Below are positions 63,273 through 64,000 of a DNA stretch of 64,000 nt, piece by piece. The DNA is from Amphiscolops sp. MND2022. Lineage: Eukaryota. How positions within the stretch are numbered: the stretch's first letter is position 1; each line of letters opens with the position of its first letter. Under the pieces are notes generated by a model that was not told the DNA's origin, searched no databases, and saw nothing but the letters and a program-made list of their open reading frames with translations. The position numbers were made by a program, and so were the translations under genes. The stretch covers positions 37,698,001 through 37,762,000 of the forward strand of contig OZ076409.1 in NCBI GenBank assembly GCA_964187785.1. Direction: 5' to 3'.

Positions 63273-64000
63273 CAAAGAGAGCAACAAGTTCCCATGTTGA
63301 GCTTTCCTTGAGAATCTGTAAAGATCTGTGAGCCAATTTTCCTTGAGGATCTGTAAAGGTCGTGCCACTTCTACGTAAGGACAACTGCAGATCTGCAAGG
63401 ATCTTTACAGATATTCAAAGATTTTCTGTACAGATTTCTCAGGAAAAGTTTTTCCGGACCTTCTAGTGAAACTATGCATTTCATTTTTTAGCTTCTTCAG
63501 TAGATATTTTTGCTGACCAAGGCTCAGTCAGTTGAAACTCTCCATCACTCAAAATTCTTGAGCAGGAAATCTTGTCCCCATCACGGTAATTTTGGTGTCT
63601 GGGGAATGTTCGGTGTTGGTTATACACTGTAATTTATCCATTTCAGTTGAACTTTCCAGAAGTGGTTTTTCAACTTTGAGAGGCTCGTTTGCCATATTGA
63701 CTTCGTTTTGACGGATGAAATTTGACATGTGACAACCTTCTGGGTTGGTAGAGTTGTTGATAGAATGCTGTGGTTGTAATATTTCGGGAACATGGTTTGT
63801 TGGAGTAGTTTAAGTAATTGCTGGAAACTCGGAATACGTTATAGTAATTTATTGGTATGGTTAATTTTTAACAAATCCTGGAATATCTGCAAGGATCTGT
63901 ACAGATCTGTACAGATTCGCACAGAAACGTTTTTAAAAACTTCAAATAAGAGGCGTGTTTTTTTCGTAGAGCACTTTTTAACCAACTAATTTCTTTTTCG

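Noticed and set aside
63560..63810. Minus-strand open stretch of about 85 codons (PTNHVPEILQ...TRFPAQEF*)
   Set aside because: An in-frame stop lies just after the nearest acceptor, there is no recognisable motif, and it is near the window edge.

Overview
This is AT-rich, transposon-dominated eukaryotic DNA, most likely from an invertebrate animal (inference from spliceosomal introns and the transposon mix). No host gene, rRNA, tRNA or CRISPR array could be supported. Main contents in order: (1) 506-10628, a near-identical head-to-tail LTR-int-LTR-int-LTR array of a non-coding LTR element (725-bp LTRs, tRNA-Lys-like PBS, PPT, 4699-bp period), with diverged relics at 27611-28263 and 57490-57870. 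(2) Two decayed Ty3/Gypsy-type elements (about 11177-16620 and 28264-36185) in which the pol C-terminus (KYNxRPNP..S..RY) is followed tail-to-tail by an antisense gene. In the second element that gene can be spliced by hand across five GT-AG introns in frame and encodes a CxxC..H-x5-H zinc-finger protein; an intact 365-aa orphan ORF lies divergent from it. (3) A BEL/Pao integrase relic. (4) A 2.79-kb tandem duplication. (5) A three-LTR Gypsy insertion with TTTTC target-site duplication (40955-46385). (6) An internally deleted hAT element with an 8-bp TSD. (7) A full-length but mutated Gypsy element on the minus strand (51015-56277, TSD GGACT). (8) Several Helentron/HINE-like elements, MITEs and palindromes, and a 200-N scaffold gap. 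The best candidate for an undescribed system is the Gypsy lineage carrying an antisense, intron-containing zinc-finger cargo gene plus a third ORF. All alignments were made by eye, so identities are approximate.
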